A stretch of 33,033 bases of DNA from Verrucomicrobiota bacterium (GCA_003219335.1 QHOF01000001.1:1499-34531); one strand, 5' to 3'. Counted from the stretch's first letter, positions 1 through 9,572 are shown. Notes: a model not told the origin generated them from the letters alone. Program-made: numbers and translations.

Positions 1-857
1 AGCAGGGTTTTGCCTGTCCCTGGCGGGCCCACCAACAACACGCCTTTCGGCGCGGCCCCACCCAAGCGGGTATACTTCGGCGGGTCCTTAAGGAAATCCA
101 CGACCTCGACCAGCTCGTTCTCGGCTTCGTCGATGCCGGCGACATCATCGAAGGTGACCTTCGTATCCTTCTCCTGGTCGTAGCGGCGCGCCTTGCTCTT
201 GCCGATGCCCATGATCCCACCACCCATGCCGCCGCCCTGCTTCGCCATTCGCCGAAACATCCAGACGTAAAAACCGATGAAGAGCAGGGCCGGACCAAAC
301 CCGTAAAGGAACGTGGCCAACGGACTGCCGCCTTCTTCGATCGGCTTAGCGCTGATCTCGACGCCGTTGTCGATCAAAAATCTTTCCAAACCGGGATCGA
401 CGAAGGTAGGCAACGTAGTCGCGAATGTGCTCGCGGTTCTGGGCTCCTCTTTGGGCGCCGTATCACGCTGGCTCGTCTTGGGCGACTCGCCGGTGGGCGC
501 GGCGCCCTTTTCTCCCGCTGCTTGGGACTGCACGCCGGGTGCGGCGTTCTTCTCGTGCGGCGGATAGGTAACCGGCGCCTTGAAGCGGCCTGTGATGGAC
601 TCGCCCTGGCTGTAGATTGCTTCGACATTGCCCTTGCTGACCTGCTCCTTGAAGAAAGTATAGGGCACTGTGATCCGTGAGTCCGGGGTCGGGAATAGGA
701 GCCTCATCAGCAAATAGTTCACGAGCAAGACACCCACGAGCCATAGCCAAGTCCTGCCCGGCGGCATCGTCGTCTGCCCGGTTCCCTTTCCGGGTCCAGT
801 GGTAGTTTTGGATGGGGAGTCGCTATTGCGTCGTGTCTGATGTCCCGTCGAATTCAT
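1..857 (-). CDS. ftsH: ATP-dependent zinc metalloprotease FtsH (partial; 3' part beyond left edge)
   Basis: Manual translation from ATG at 857 (RBS AGGAGG upstream): two TM segments ([29 protein letters not shown]), then GKSKARRY...[52 protein letters not shown] (Walker A). Not in the ORF track because there is no stop in the window. Confidence 0.95.
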   Translation of the reverse strand, partial: MNSTGHQTRRNSDSPSKTTTGPGKGTGQTTMPPGRTWLWLVGVLLVNYLLMRLLFPTPDSRITVPYTFFKEQVSKGNVEAIYSQGESITGRFKAPVTYPPHEKNAAPGVQSQAAGEKGAAPTGESPKTSQRDTAPKEEPRTASTFATTLPTFVDPGLERFLIDNGVEISAKPIEEGGSPLATFLYGFGPALLFIGFYVWMFRRMAKQGGGMGGGIMGIGKSKARRYDQEKDTKVTFDDVAGIDEAENELVEVVDFLKDPPKYTRLGGAAPKGVLLVGPPGTGKTL

Positions 858-1150
858 TGGTCACCTCCTCGAGCGCACCTTGAGTCATCAGGCAGAGATC
901 CTCGCAGTATGCAGTAGGGGATGTAGCCGACTCCTATCACCTACACTTTTTGGCAGCAAGATCTTTATTGTCTTTTCCGGGAACTGGCTCGCTTCCGAGG
1001 TTACACACTTCGGCGTCGTGGTGCTGTTTGTTCAAACATCTCGCTGCACGCACAGCACTGAGGCAATTTTTCACAACGTATCTTGATTGATCGCTTTATA
1101 GTTATAGGCTCAAAAAGAGGCTCCTACATCACGCTTTTCTACCAGCGTAT

Positions 1151-1274
1151 TCGGAAGTGACGGCCACTTTGGACCAGTTCATCCGGGTGGAGACCGGAGA
1201 TGGCGTCGCGATTCTCGAGGGGTGAAGCATCGAATGTTCGACCGACCGCTGCCGTTATCCCCGGGGGAACGTGA
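1151..1274 (+). pseudogene. Cupin-domain protein fragment
   Basis: Reads SEVTATLDQFIRVETGDGVAILEG, then after frame shifts VKHRMFD and AAVIPGGT*. Resembles the small cupin-2 family pattern 'LDQFxRVExGxGxAxLxG...AVVIPAG'. No start codon, frame disrupted. Confidence 0.55.
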
Positions 1275-1296
1275 AAGAGCATGAAAGGAGAAGGTT

Positions 1297-1863
1297 ATGT
1301 CGATTGCATGGAACAAGGACGTTGATGCTGCGCTTGCGCAAGCGCGGACCGCCAAGCGCCCGTTGTTGATAGACTTCAACGCAGCTCCGATGTGAGGGGC
1401 TTGCGCTCGGCTGGATGCCGAGGTTTATCCCGACCCGCGCGTCGAGAGCTTCATCAATGACAACTACTTGCCGGTCAAAATCCACATCAAAGAACAGCCC
1501 AAAACCTTCGAGCGCTTCGGCGCGCAGTGGACACCGACGATCCAGGTGCTGGATCCGGATGGAACCAAGCGACACCAGTTCGAAGGTTTTCTACCGCCGG
1601 ATGATTTTCTTGGACAACTGAAGCTCGGGCTCGCGCACTCCGCCTTTGCGCGCCAACAGTGGAAAGAGGCAGAGAGTCGCTACGATGACATCGTGAAAAC
1701 CTTGCCCGACTCGGATGCGGCTCCTGAAGCGCTCTACTGGGCGGGTGTCTCACGCTACAAGAGCAGCGGTGATCCGACGGCACTGCAGCAGACGACCGAA
1801 GCGTTCAAAATTCACTACCAAGGCAGCACGTGGGCAAAGAAAGCTTCCGTCTGGGCAAAGTGA
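1297..1863 (+). CDS. Thioredoxin-fold + TPR-like protein, probable selenoprotein (Sec at codon 33, UxxC), 188 aa
   Basis: RBS AAGGAG at 1285-1290 and ATG at 1297. Reads MSIAWNKDVDAALAQARTAKRPLLIDFNAAPM-[TGA 1393-1395]-GACARLDAEVYPD..., continuing in frame into the track ORF 1468..1863 (cis-Pro motif WTPT, then TPR-like helices ...APEALYWAG). The TGA sits at the first Cys position of a CxxC motif. Confidence 0.88.
1396..1431 (+). promoter_or_regulatory. Putative bacterial SECIS element
   Basis: Hairpin CTCGGC(1406-1411)-TGGAT loop-GCCGAG(1417-1422). The loop starts 16 nt after the UGA and has G at loop position 2. Possible lower stem GGGG(1396-1399)/TCCC(1428-1431). Confidence 0.7.
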
Positions 1864-2010
1864 GCGAAGGTTGAGCGTCGGCAACAGGATTTCATTGGCG
1901 GACGCTATCATAGTATGCGGCGGCCTCTAGCCTGCCGAAGGCCTACTGCCCGCGAGGTGGATCACCTGAGAAAGCCTCGAACCTCTCACCTGGAAGGAGA
2001 CGACGATGCC

Positions 2011-2241
2011 CTTCGCCTGCATGACTTGGATAGTGGAGAAGACTTCGTCTATACGCTGGTGTTTCCTGCAAGGGCTGATTCGGCGAGTGGAAAAATGTCA
2101 ATTCTCGCTCCGCTGGGAACCGCGGTGTTGGGATGTCGGGTCGGAGATACCGTCGAGTGGGAGGCACCCGCAGGGCGGAAAAGGCTCAAGGTCAAAAAGA
2201 TCGTCTATCAGCCAGAAGCCGAGGGCAATTATCACGCATAA
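2011..2241 (+). pseudogene. rnk: Rnk/GreA-GreB family C-terminal fragment
   Basis: LRLHDLDSGEDFVYTLVFP...SILAPLGTAVLGCRVGDTVEWEAPAG...VKKIVYQPEAEG is a typical Rnk C-terminus. The N-terminal half is not recognisable, and the only good RBS+ATG (AAGGAG, ATG 2006) is out of frame. Confidence 0.75.
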
Positions 2242-2431
2242 CTGATTCACTGTACGCTCCCAAATAGCAGTCATCGACAAAGTCTCGCGCTCCGCGGTAG
2301 GTCGTTTTTAAACACTGCGTGCAGTTAGACGATCTCGGCGTTTATAGGGTTAATTTCGCGTTCAAGGAGCGCTTGCCAGATTGCCCGGGCTTACGGTTAA
2401 TGGAATGGTATTGGCACCGCGCACGCGAATA

Positions 2432-3688
2432 CTAGAGTTTCCTGTGGGGCTTATCGCGATTCCTCTCCTTCTCGCCTAATGCTTCCATTTGTCTTTCGGC
2501 ATCAGCCGGCTGTGTTCTGGTAAGAGAGAATCGGTTCAAAAATTCTGGCGCGGCGCGCATTAAGATGGCATTGAGTAGAATCGTCAAAAGCGACGCGGCC
2601 AGTGTCGCACTGTAAACATGGGCTTCCACCAGACCGGCATCTCTGGCAACCCGGACGAGAACATAGGAGAACTCGCCGATCTGGGTCAATCCCACGCCTA
2701 CCAGTACCGCGGTCCTGAGAGAATAACGAAACAGTTTCACAACAGAACTCCAGATTACAAACTTGCCGACTATGATGACTGCAACGATGGCCCCGAGGAG
2801 AGCCGGATTCGAGATGAGAGCTTTGGGATCTATGAGAGTGCCGATCGTAACAAAGAAGAGAGCGACGAAAGAATTCCTCAGCGGAAGCAACTCCGCCAGT
2901 ATTTCATGCCCGGCCTCAGATTCACTGACGACCATTCCGGCCAAAAAGGCGCCTAACGCGAGTGATAATCCGAGAGCTTGCGTCGTCGCGGCGGTTGCAA
3001 ATCCCAAAGCCAGAGCCACCAGGATACGGAGCTCCTGATTCCTCGTATCGGGAATGTGCGGCATAAGCAGCGGCACCAGTTTCGCCGCTATGAAGATGAC
3101 TGGAGCCAGAATCAATAGCGCCTTCCCGAAAGCCATCCCGATGCTCACGAACTCACTCCCGCTAAACGTTGTCAGCACTGGAACAACGACAATCATCAGG
3201 ACAAATGCCAGATCATCGACTAGAGTGATCCCGATCATCACTCGCCCGTGTTCAGAATGGAGCTCTCCTCGATCAATGAGAAGCTGCGAGAGCACCATGG
3301 TGCTGGCGAGGGACGTAACTGCGCCAACGATTATACTTTGTGAAATAGTCCAACCCAGTGCCCACCCGAGGAGCAGGGCCAGAGCGATCACAAGCCCGAG
3401 CCCGAGCGGCCCACCGATCAGCGCAACCCATTTCACCTGGAGAAGGTCGCGGAAGGAGAACTCGATACCGATGGAGTACATGAGCAGAATGACGCCGATT
3501 TCGGCGAAGGGCTCAAGAACATGGATGTCCGAAAGGCTAGGCCCAGGTGTGAAGGGGCCGATGACGATTCCGCCCAGCACGTACCCCATGATAAGCGGCT
3601 GCCCCAGTCGCTTGGCGATTAGGCCACCCAAAACAGCGGCGACAAACACGTATGCGAGATCGCGATAGAGAACAGCCTCAGCAGCCAT
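2432..3688 (-). CDS. CPA2 cation:proton antiporter (KefB/YbaL-like), without C-terminal TrkA/KTN domain
   Basis: Multi-TM 418 aa protein with AEIGVILLMYSIGIEFS, GITLVDDL, ALGAFLAGM, FFVTIG and QIGEFSYVL motifs. Confidence 0.9.
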   Translation of the reverse strand: MAAEAVLYRDLAYVFVAAVLGGLIAKRLGQPLIMGYVLGGIVIGPFTPGPSLSDIHVLEPFAEIGVILLMYSIGIEFSFRDLLQVKWVALIGGPLGLGLVIALALLLGWALGWTISQSIIVGAVTSLASTMVLSQLLIDRGELHSEHGRVMIGITLVDDLAFVLMIVVVPVLTTFSGSEFVSIGMAFGKALLILAPVIFIAAKLVPLLMPHIPDTRNQELRILVALALGFATAATTQALGLSLALGAFLAGMVVSESEAGHEILAELLPLRNSFVALFFVTIGTLIDPKALISNPALLGAIVAVIIVGKFVIWSSVVKLFRYSLRTAVLVGVGLTQIGEFSYVLVRVARDAGLVEAHVYSATLAASLLTILLNAILMRAAPEFLNRFSLTRTQPADAERQMEALGEKERNRDKPHRKL

Positions 3689-4120
3689 AGCTTCTCATAG
3701 CGCTATTCACTTGCGTGAAGGTACAATCAGAAGTGCAATATAGAAAGAAGAGAGGCATACCCTTTTGCAAACCCAAAATATGGAGAAGCGGGGGAAAGGG
3801 CTACTTACGATGTGAGTGACCGCGCCAAATTGTTTACTGTGACAAGTTACTTTTTGCCCGTCCCGTCGGCTTCGTATGACCGACGCTCTTCAAACTTCAG
3901 GAGGGCAACTTCTCGGGCTTTCCATTAAACCGTGTTCGATACTCTCGAATGAGATCTCTTGGGAGTTTGGCCATTTTCTCGAGTCGCAGCTATCAATACG
4001 AATAGCACAAACAATGTCTACCCGCACACGGTAGGACAGAGCAAGCCTCCTAGGGCAGCAACTTCAGGCGCTTCGGTACGCTAGTGTCGGCGCGAACGGT
4101 CATCTGCCGCGTGTCGCGTC

Positions 4121-4756
4121 TTGCCACACGTCCATTCTCAAAGTAAGTGTAGGGAGGTGCCTGCTGATTTCACTTGGCAAATTACTGCTGCAGTAGTCGC
4201 TCTCGTTGCGCTGATTGGCTATCTCTGGTTTAGGACACCAACAATTGTCTTTGGGTATCCGGAAAACATCGCAGATCAGATATTTCTGAAGTGGTGGCAT
4301 CTCCCGATCGAAATCAGGCCGGTTTTTTTTCAACGTAAGTTGCTCAATGATTGTGCCATCTCCGTTTACGTTCACGGCGGGGGAGCCGGCACGATTGTCA
4401 ACGAAATCGGTCTATGTTGGCAGACTGCCGATGGCACGCAAACAACAGTGAAGATAGAGAAAAACGGAAAATACTACGCGCCCGTCAGTCTGAGATCGAC
4501 GCATTGGACGAAGTATTCCCTTGACGTGAATCGAAATAAAGGCCTATCACTGGCGCTGCCTCCAAGAATCGCCTTCTTTTGTGATCAGGAAATGATGCTC
4601 GCGGCACGGATTCCGATGTCCGGACTGTCCAACGACTATTATCTTAGCTTTCGTGTGCACAGGTCTGGCAAGACACTTCAACGCAGCGGTCTTTATAAGC
4701 TCGCTGTTCCCTTTCAAAGAGCTGAAAACTCGGAATTTACCTTCGAAAAATTATGA
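4121..4756 (+). CDS. Hypothetical protein with N-terminal TM anchor (start uncertain, possibly GTG 4157)
   Basis: Long ORF with a hydrophobic segment ITAAVVALVALIGYLWF; no family recognised. Confidence 0.5.
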   Translation: MPHVHSQSKCREVPADFTWQITAAVVALVALIGYLWFRTPTIVFGYPENIADQIFLKWWHLPIEIRPVFFQRKLLNDCAISVYVHGGGAGTIVNEIGLCWQTADGTQTTVKIEKNGKYYAPVSLRSTHWTKYSLDVNRNKGLSLALPPRIAFFCDQEMMLAARIPMSGLSNDYYLSFRVHRSGKTLQRSGLYKLAVPFQRAENSEFTFEKL

Positions 4757-5401
4757 TCCAAGCCTAACCGATGCTCGGTCACAACGTTAGTGCTTGTTCT
4801 GTAATGATGCGGCCGCTTGGTCGGGATTATAATCGCAACGGAAATCCTCCAGGCGTGCTTTCGATATATCGGACGCTCCAACGAGAATCTGCTCACATCG
4901 CTTTCGTCCTTAATCAAGAGCAGGACATTGCGCCGGAGTCCAAGAGAATCGGCGAACCGGAGAGAAGAAACACTTGAAACCGCTGTGTGGAACTTTTTCA
5001 TTTATCTAGTTGACCTCTCTCATCCGATATAGCGTCACTCAATTGGGGCAGGAGCAAACGCAATTTAAGGACGCTTATGCATTCACTCGCCAATGATTAC
5101 GCGGCCGGGCTCTTGACCTCTCACGAACCGCCCTGCCTGTCGCTTTACCAACCCAGCCACCTCGGCGAGCATGAGTTTGTCTTCACAATGTCGGGTTAGG
5201 TGCTCGAGCGATAAGGCGTGGACGCGGATAAAAACGACGCGGGACTCCGTTCGCGCTGAGGGGTTTTGCACAAATGCCCGCAAAAGTCCGTTCGATGGCA
5301 CGGATCCGTAGCATTGGGTCCAGCAGAGATAAACTGCGTCTCGACCTGGCGATCAATTGTGGGCTTCAACTGCCGGGGCTACGCGAATTGACTGAACACG
5401 G

Positions 5402-6308
5402 ATGGCAACAGTGACGGAGCGTCGGAAGATACTGGGTCTAAAGCGGCTGCTGGTCGCGACCGATCTCTCGTCACGCGCCGAGAAGGCAATAGCGCGTGCC
5501 GTGCAGTTGGCCGAGGAGCACAGCGGCACACTTTCAGTCTTACATATATTGACGGGAGCGTCGGGACATGAAACCGAGCGCTCGCAGATCGTTTCTCGGA
5601 TCGAGAAAGATCTACGCCGCAAGCTTGAGGCACTTTCTCTTAAAAGGACCGCTTTAGCGTCTGTTCGGGGTTCTTTCCGGTACGCCATTTGTGGAGATTA
5701 TCCGCCAGGGCCGTGAGGAAGCAGCCGATCTTATTGTTGTCGGGGCGCACGGAAAAGATTTTATGAAGGACCTGTTGCTCGGTGCGACCGCCGAGAAAAT
5801 CGTCCGTAAAGGAGACCGTTCAGTACTGGTAGTCAAGCGGGCGGCTCAAAGTTCGTACCGCCGGGTGTTAGTGGGGGTGGATTTTTCCGACAATTCTCGG
5901 CATGCGCTGGAATTGGCTCTGCGGCTCGCGCCGCGGGCAGAATTTCATGCCTTACATGTTTATGCAGGGGTTGAAGGAATGCTCAGGCGAGCCGGTGTCA
6001 CAGATTCGGGAATCGTACGCTACCAGCGTGAGGTGGCGAAGGAGGCGCGCAAACAAATGGAGATATTCATACGCAGCATTGATCGGCACCGTAAACCGAT
6101 CAGGAGAGAAGTATGGAACGGGCGGGCAGGTCGGGAAATCACTACGATTGCCAGGCGCCAGCGTGCCGATTTGGTGGCGGTTGGAACGGCTGGTCGCACA
6201 GGCATTCCTTATATCTTACTCGGCAGTGTCGCCGAACACGTGATGCGGGAGGCTGCCTGCGATGTATTAGTGGTGCGATCCGGCTCCATACCGTTTGAAC
6301 TGCCATAG
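5402..6308 (+). pseudogene. Tandem-domain universal stress protein (UspE-like), single +1 frameshift
   Basis: ORF 5402..5716 (LLVATDLS...) and ORF 5691..6308 (ADLIVVGAHG...LLGATAEKIVR; LLGSVAEHVMREAACDVLVV) join into one 301-aa USP if one G is removed from GGGG at 5667-5670, giving ...VRVLSGTPFVEIIRQ. Confidence 0.85.
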
Positions 6309-6664
6309 CAGGGTACCGCTTTCATCCAAGCACGATGTTCGAACGGAACGGTATCCATATGCTAAGCGGGACCGCGGCGGCTCTGTACATCCGTCCGCGT
6401 CGTATCCGACTGCCTGCGTGATGGTCGCGGCCATTATCCCCTGCATTGGACGCGCGGCTTTGCATCGACTGGTACGATAGCCAGAAAGACGAGGGATTCG
6501 AATACCACATGCTTGTGCCAGATATGGCCGTCACCTGTTGTCGTGCGCGGTGACGCCTAGTCGCTGGATAGCGATCTCGCAAGCGCATGCTATTTGCGCC
6601 AGACTTGCATGGTGATAGACAGAAGTTATCTCCAATCGAAACCGAGGCCTCAAAGGAGACGGTC

Positions 6665-7951
6665 ATGACCACAGACGCAAGTGCCGTCGGTCACGTTCTG
6701 CCAGGACCATCCGACGATCTTCTCGCCAAGCTTGAGGGTATCTATCGAGATATTCATGCCAATCCGGAACTGTCGATGCAGGAGCATCGCACGTCCGGCA
6801 TCGCCGCTGCATGGTTGCGCGAGCGGGGATACGACGTGACGGAGGGCGTTGGCGGCACGGGCGTTGTCGGGTTGCTCCGCAACGGCGACGGCCCCACCGT
6901 GCTGCTGCGCGCCGATATGGATGCATTGCCGATCAAGGAAAGCACCGGCCTACCTTACGCGAGCGATAGGACCGGAACCGATCGCTTCGGCCAAGCAACG
7001 TCGATCGCACATTCTTGCGGACACGATATGCATGTCACCTGGCTGATGGGGGCGACGCGCGTGATGGCCGAGAACCGTACCGACTGGCGCGGCACCGTCA
7101 TGGCTGTCTTCCAACCGGGCGAGGAAACCGGCCAAGGCGCACGCGCAATGATCGAGGATGGCATGGTCAAGCGCTTCCCCAAGCCGGACGTTACCTTGGG
7201 CCAGCATGTGATGCCGCTCTCGGCAGGACAGATCGGCTGGCGCACCGGGACGATGCTGTCGGCTGGCGACAGTTGGGAGGTGACATTGTTCGGACGTGGC
7301 GCTCACGGGTCGATGCCACAAAAGAGTATCGATCCGGTGGTGATGGCTGCCTCGGCCGTGATGCGTCTGCAGACAGTGGTATCGCGGGAAGTGGCGATGA
7401 CTGATTCCGCGGTCGTTACTGTCGGCACAATGAGCGCGGGTATGAACGAGAATGTTATCCCTGACCGAGCGTTGCTTCGCCTGAACGTCCGTACCTTCAA
7501 GGACGGGGTGCGCACGCGTGTGTTGGCGGCGATCAAGCGGATATTGAAGGCGGAGGCCGAAGCTTCAGGCGCTCCAAAACCTCCGGAATTTTCCGTGCTC
7601 AGTGAATTTCCGCTGACACGCAACGATGACGCGGCGACACGCAAGACGGTAGCCGCCCTGGAGCGTTGGTTTGGCACGGATCGGGTGACCGAGATCGCTC
7701 CCGCCACAGCGAGCGAGGACTTTGGTCGGTTCGGCGCAGCGTGGGACGTGCCGGCGGTATTCTGGGTCATCGGCGGTATCGACCCCGCCACTTACGCAAA
7801 CGCCGAGGAGGCCGGCAAGCTGGACGAGCTTCCGGCGAATCACGCTCCCGACTTCGCGCCGGTGATTCATCCCACTCTGCGCACGGGTGTTGAGGCGATG
7901 CTCGCTGCGGCCGGCGCCTGGATTTGCCCGGCCGCCGCCAGCTCAGTTTGA
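6665..7951 (+). CDS. M20D family amidohydrolase (hippurate hydrolase-like)
   Basis: RBS AAGGAG before ATG 6665. Motifs IHANPELS, LRADMDALP, HSCGHDMH, FQPGEE, GRGAHGS, SEDF, NHAPDF. Confidence 0.93.
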   Translation: MTTDASAVGHVLPGPSDDLLAKLEGIYRDIHANPELSMQEHRTSGIAAAWLRERGYDVTEGVGGTGVVGLLRNGDGPTVLLRADMDALPIKESTGLPYASDRTGTDRFGQATSIAHSCGHDMHVTWLMGATRVMAENRTDWRGTVMAVFQPGEETGQGARAMIEDGMVKRFPKPDVTLGQHVMPLSAGQIGWRTGTMLSAGDSWEVTLFGRGAHGSMPQKSIDPVVMAASAVMRLQTVVSREVAMTDSAVVTVGTMSAGMNENVIPDRALLRLNVRTFKDGVRTRVLAAIKRILKAEAEASGAPKPPEFSVLSEFPLTRNDDAATRKTVAALERWFGTDRVTEIAPATASEDFGRFGAAWDVPAVFWVIGGIDPATYANAEEAGKLDELPANHAPDFAPVIHPTLRTGVEAMLAAAGAWICPAAASSV

Positions 7952-7986
7952 TTGTGATGGCACTGCGCAGCGTACTCAGTCTTGGC

Positions 7987-8628
7987 ATGCAGAGCGCCTT
8001 TCTGCAGGATCTGATGCATGTGCTCGACTGGATAGGAACCTTCGTATTCGCCCTAAGCGGGGGACTGCTGGGCATACAAAAGCGGTTCGACTTGTTCGGC
8101 GTTCTCTTTCTGTCGTTTGTGGTGGCGGTCGTCGGCGGCATGATGCGCGATGTTCTGATCGGCGCAGTCCCTCCGGTCGCAATCACGGACATTCGTTATT
8201 TCGCCATCGCGATGGTCGGCGGCTTGGCGACCTTCTACTGGTATCCCAAAGTCGCATCGCTCCAGCGCCAGATACTGCTGTTCGACGCGGTTGGCCTTAG
8301 TTTGTTTGCGGTCACCGGAGCGCAAAAAGCAATAGATCACGGCATCAATCCGTTGATGGCGGCGATTCTGGGCATGCTGTCCGGAATCGGCGGCGGGATG
8401 ACCCGTGATGTCCTCGCCGGAAACATCCCATTTGTTCGGCGGGGCGATCTTTACGCGCTTGCGGCGCTCGCGGGCGGAGCGATCGTATCGATCGGGATGA
8501 TGTTGGGTGTGCACCCGACCTATCCGATGTTGTTGGGCGCCGCTGTCTGTATCTTCCTTCGGCTGATGGCAATCTATCATGGTTGGCGCGCGCCTGTCGC
8601 CCGCTGGAGCGGCGACAAGGAAAAATGA
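7987..8628 (+). CDS. UPF0126/TRIC-family membrane protein (YadS-like; start uncertain)
   Basis: Two repeats D(W)IGTFVFALSG...GGMMRDVL and DAVGLSLFAVTG...GGGMTRDVL. Confidence 0.9.
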   Translation: MQSAFLQDLMHVLDWIGTFVFALSGGLLGIQKRFDLFGVLFLSFVVAVVGGMMRDVLIGAVPPVAITDIRYFAIAMVGGLATFYWYPKVASLQRQILLFDAVGLSLFAVTGAQKAIDHGINPLMAAILGMLSGIGGGMTRDVLAGNIPFVRRGDLYALAALAGGAIVSIGMMLGVHPTYPMLLGAAVCIFLRLMAIYHGWRAPVARWSGDKEK

Positions 8629-8925
8629 GTGAGACCGCGCGTCGTAATTACGTAAGATGTGTTCGATTTTCGCGCGATAGCAATTTAAGCGTGGTCATGA
8701 CGCACGTCGCGTCGCGTGCGGCCGGGACAACTGGCATGAGCAGGCGCAGCATTCCTGATCTGATGTTCCCAACTGGTGAATTGGTAATGAAATTCACGAG
8801 AAGAGACATTCTCGAGTGGGATTGTTGATGGGCGCGTCCTGTATATTGGGAGATTGCGGCAATATGGCCGCAAAAAATAACCAAGCGGATCCTATTTTTA
8901 CACAACGGGAGGAGGGTTACCGGCC

Positions 8926-9123
8926 ATGGGCATATTGGTCGATGGCGTCTGGAAAGATCAATGGTACGGCTCCCGCGTCGAACTGATGGAGGTGATCGCG
9001 ATGGCACGTGACGGGCGAATTCACACTGAAACCGCCGAGTTCCCCTTAGAGCAAGCACTCGAGGTGTATGACAAACTCAAGGCCGGCCAAATCAACGGAC
9101 GGGCTGTGCTGGTCCCGGCATAA
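8926..9123 (+). pseudogene. Chimeric mini-ORF: glutathionyl-hydroquinone reductase (YqjG-like) N-terminus fused to zinc alcohol dehydrogenase C-terminus
   Basis: RBS GGAGG. MGILVDGVWKDQWY (8926-8967) matches the YqjG/Xi-GST start. GSRVELMEVIAMARDGRIH...YDKLKAGQINGRAVLVP matches the MDR-ADH C-terminus. Confidence 0.75.
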
Positions 9124-9354
9124 TTGCGAGTGCTACACGTGGAGGGAGTCCCTTAAGGGTCCGAACGGAAAGGCGTCGTTGTTGAAATAACGATGCGGCT
9201 ATTCTCACTGCATCCCCGCGATGCCACAAGCAAAATAAGAACGACGGCTTTATTCAGTTCGTGTATGGCTCACACAAGGAGAGAGAACCCAAGACATTTC
9301 ATCATTTCAACCGTTCATGAGCAGGTTTCCAGGCGCAAGTTCGCTTAGTTCGTC

Positions 9355-9382
9355 TTGACAATTCACGGCAAGGTAATAGAGT
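9355..9382 (+). promoter_or_regulatory. Candidate sigma70 promoter upstream of USP gene
   Basis: TTGACA (9355-9360), 16-bp spacer, TAGAGT (9377-9382). Confidence 0.3.
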
Positions 9383-9572
9383 CAAGCGTCATCGCTTAAT
9401 TGCTCCATTGGACATCGCTGAGATCACGTAGGCGCTGCGAAGTCGAAATTCCACCTCGGGTGTTGTTAATATCTTTTAGCCTGTTTTCGCAGGCGCAAAA
9501 TATGAAATGCCGAGAACGATCGGCGGAATAACCGTGACGATCTGACACACCTGGATATCTGTGGAGGGAAGC

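Noticed and set aside
313..750. Short ORFs 313..567, 374..628, 463..750
   Set aside because: Alternative-frame or antisense shadows of ftsH.
1468..1863. Track ORF of 131 aa as a stand-alone gene
   Set aside because: TTG start with no RBS and no active site; it is the 3' part of the UGA read-through gene starting at 1297.
2411..2427. TTGGCAC-N-GC sigma54-like motif with GG-N10-GC spacing
   Set aside because: Lacks TTGC and points into the 3' end of a convergent gene.
3754..3770. GGCATA...TTGCA sigma54-like motif
   Set aside because: Spacing is GG-N11-GC, not the required N10.
4762..4792. Functional integron attC site
   Set aside because: Only 31 bp, no L boxes, R' deviates from GTTRRRY, and there is no integrase or second site. 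Kept only as a weak relic hypothesis.
6587..6664. N-terminal extension of the amidohydrolase
   Set aside because: The AAGGAG RBS precedes ATG 6665, and the extension has no family resemblance.
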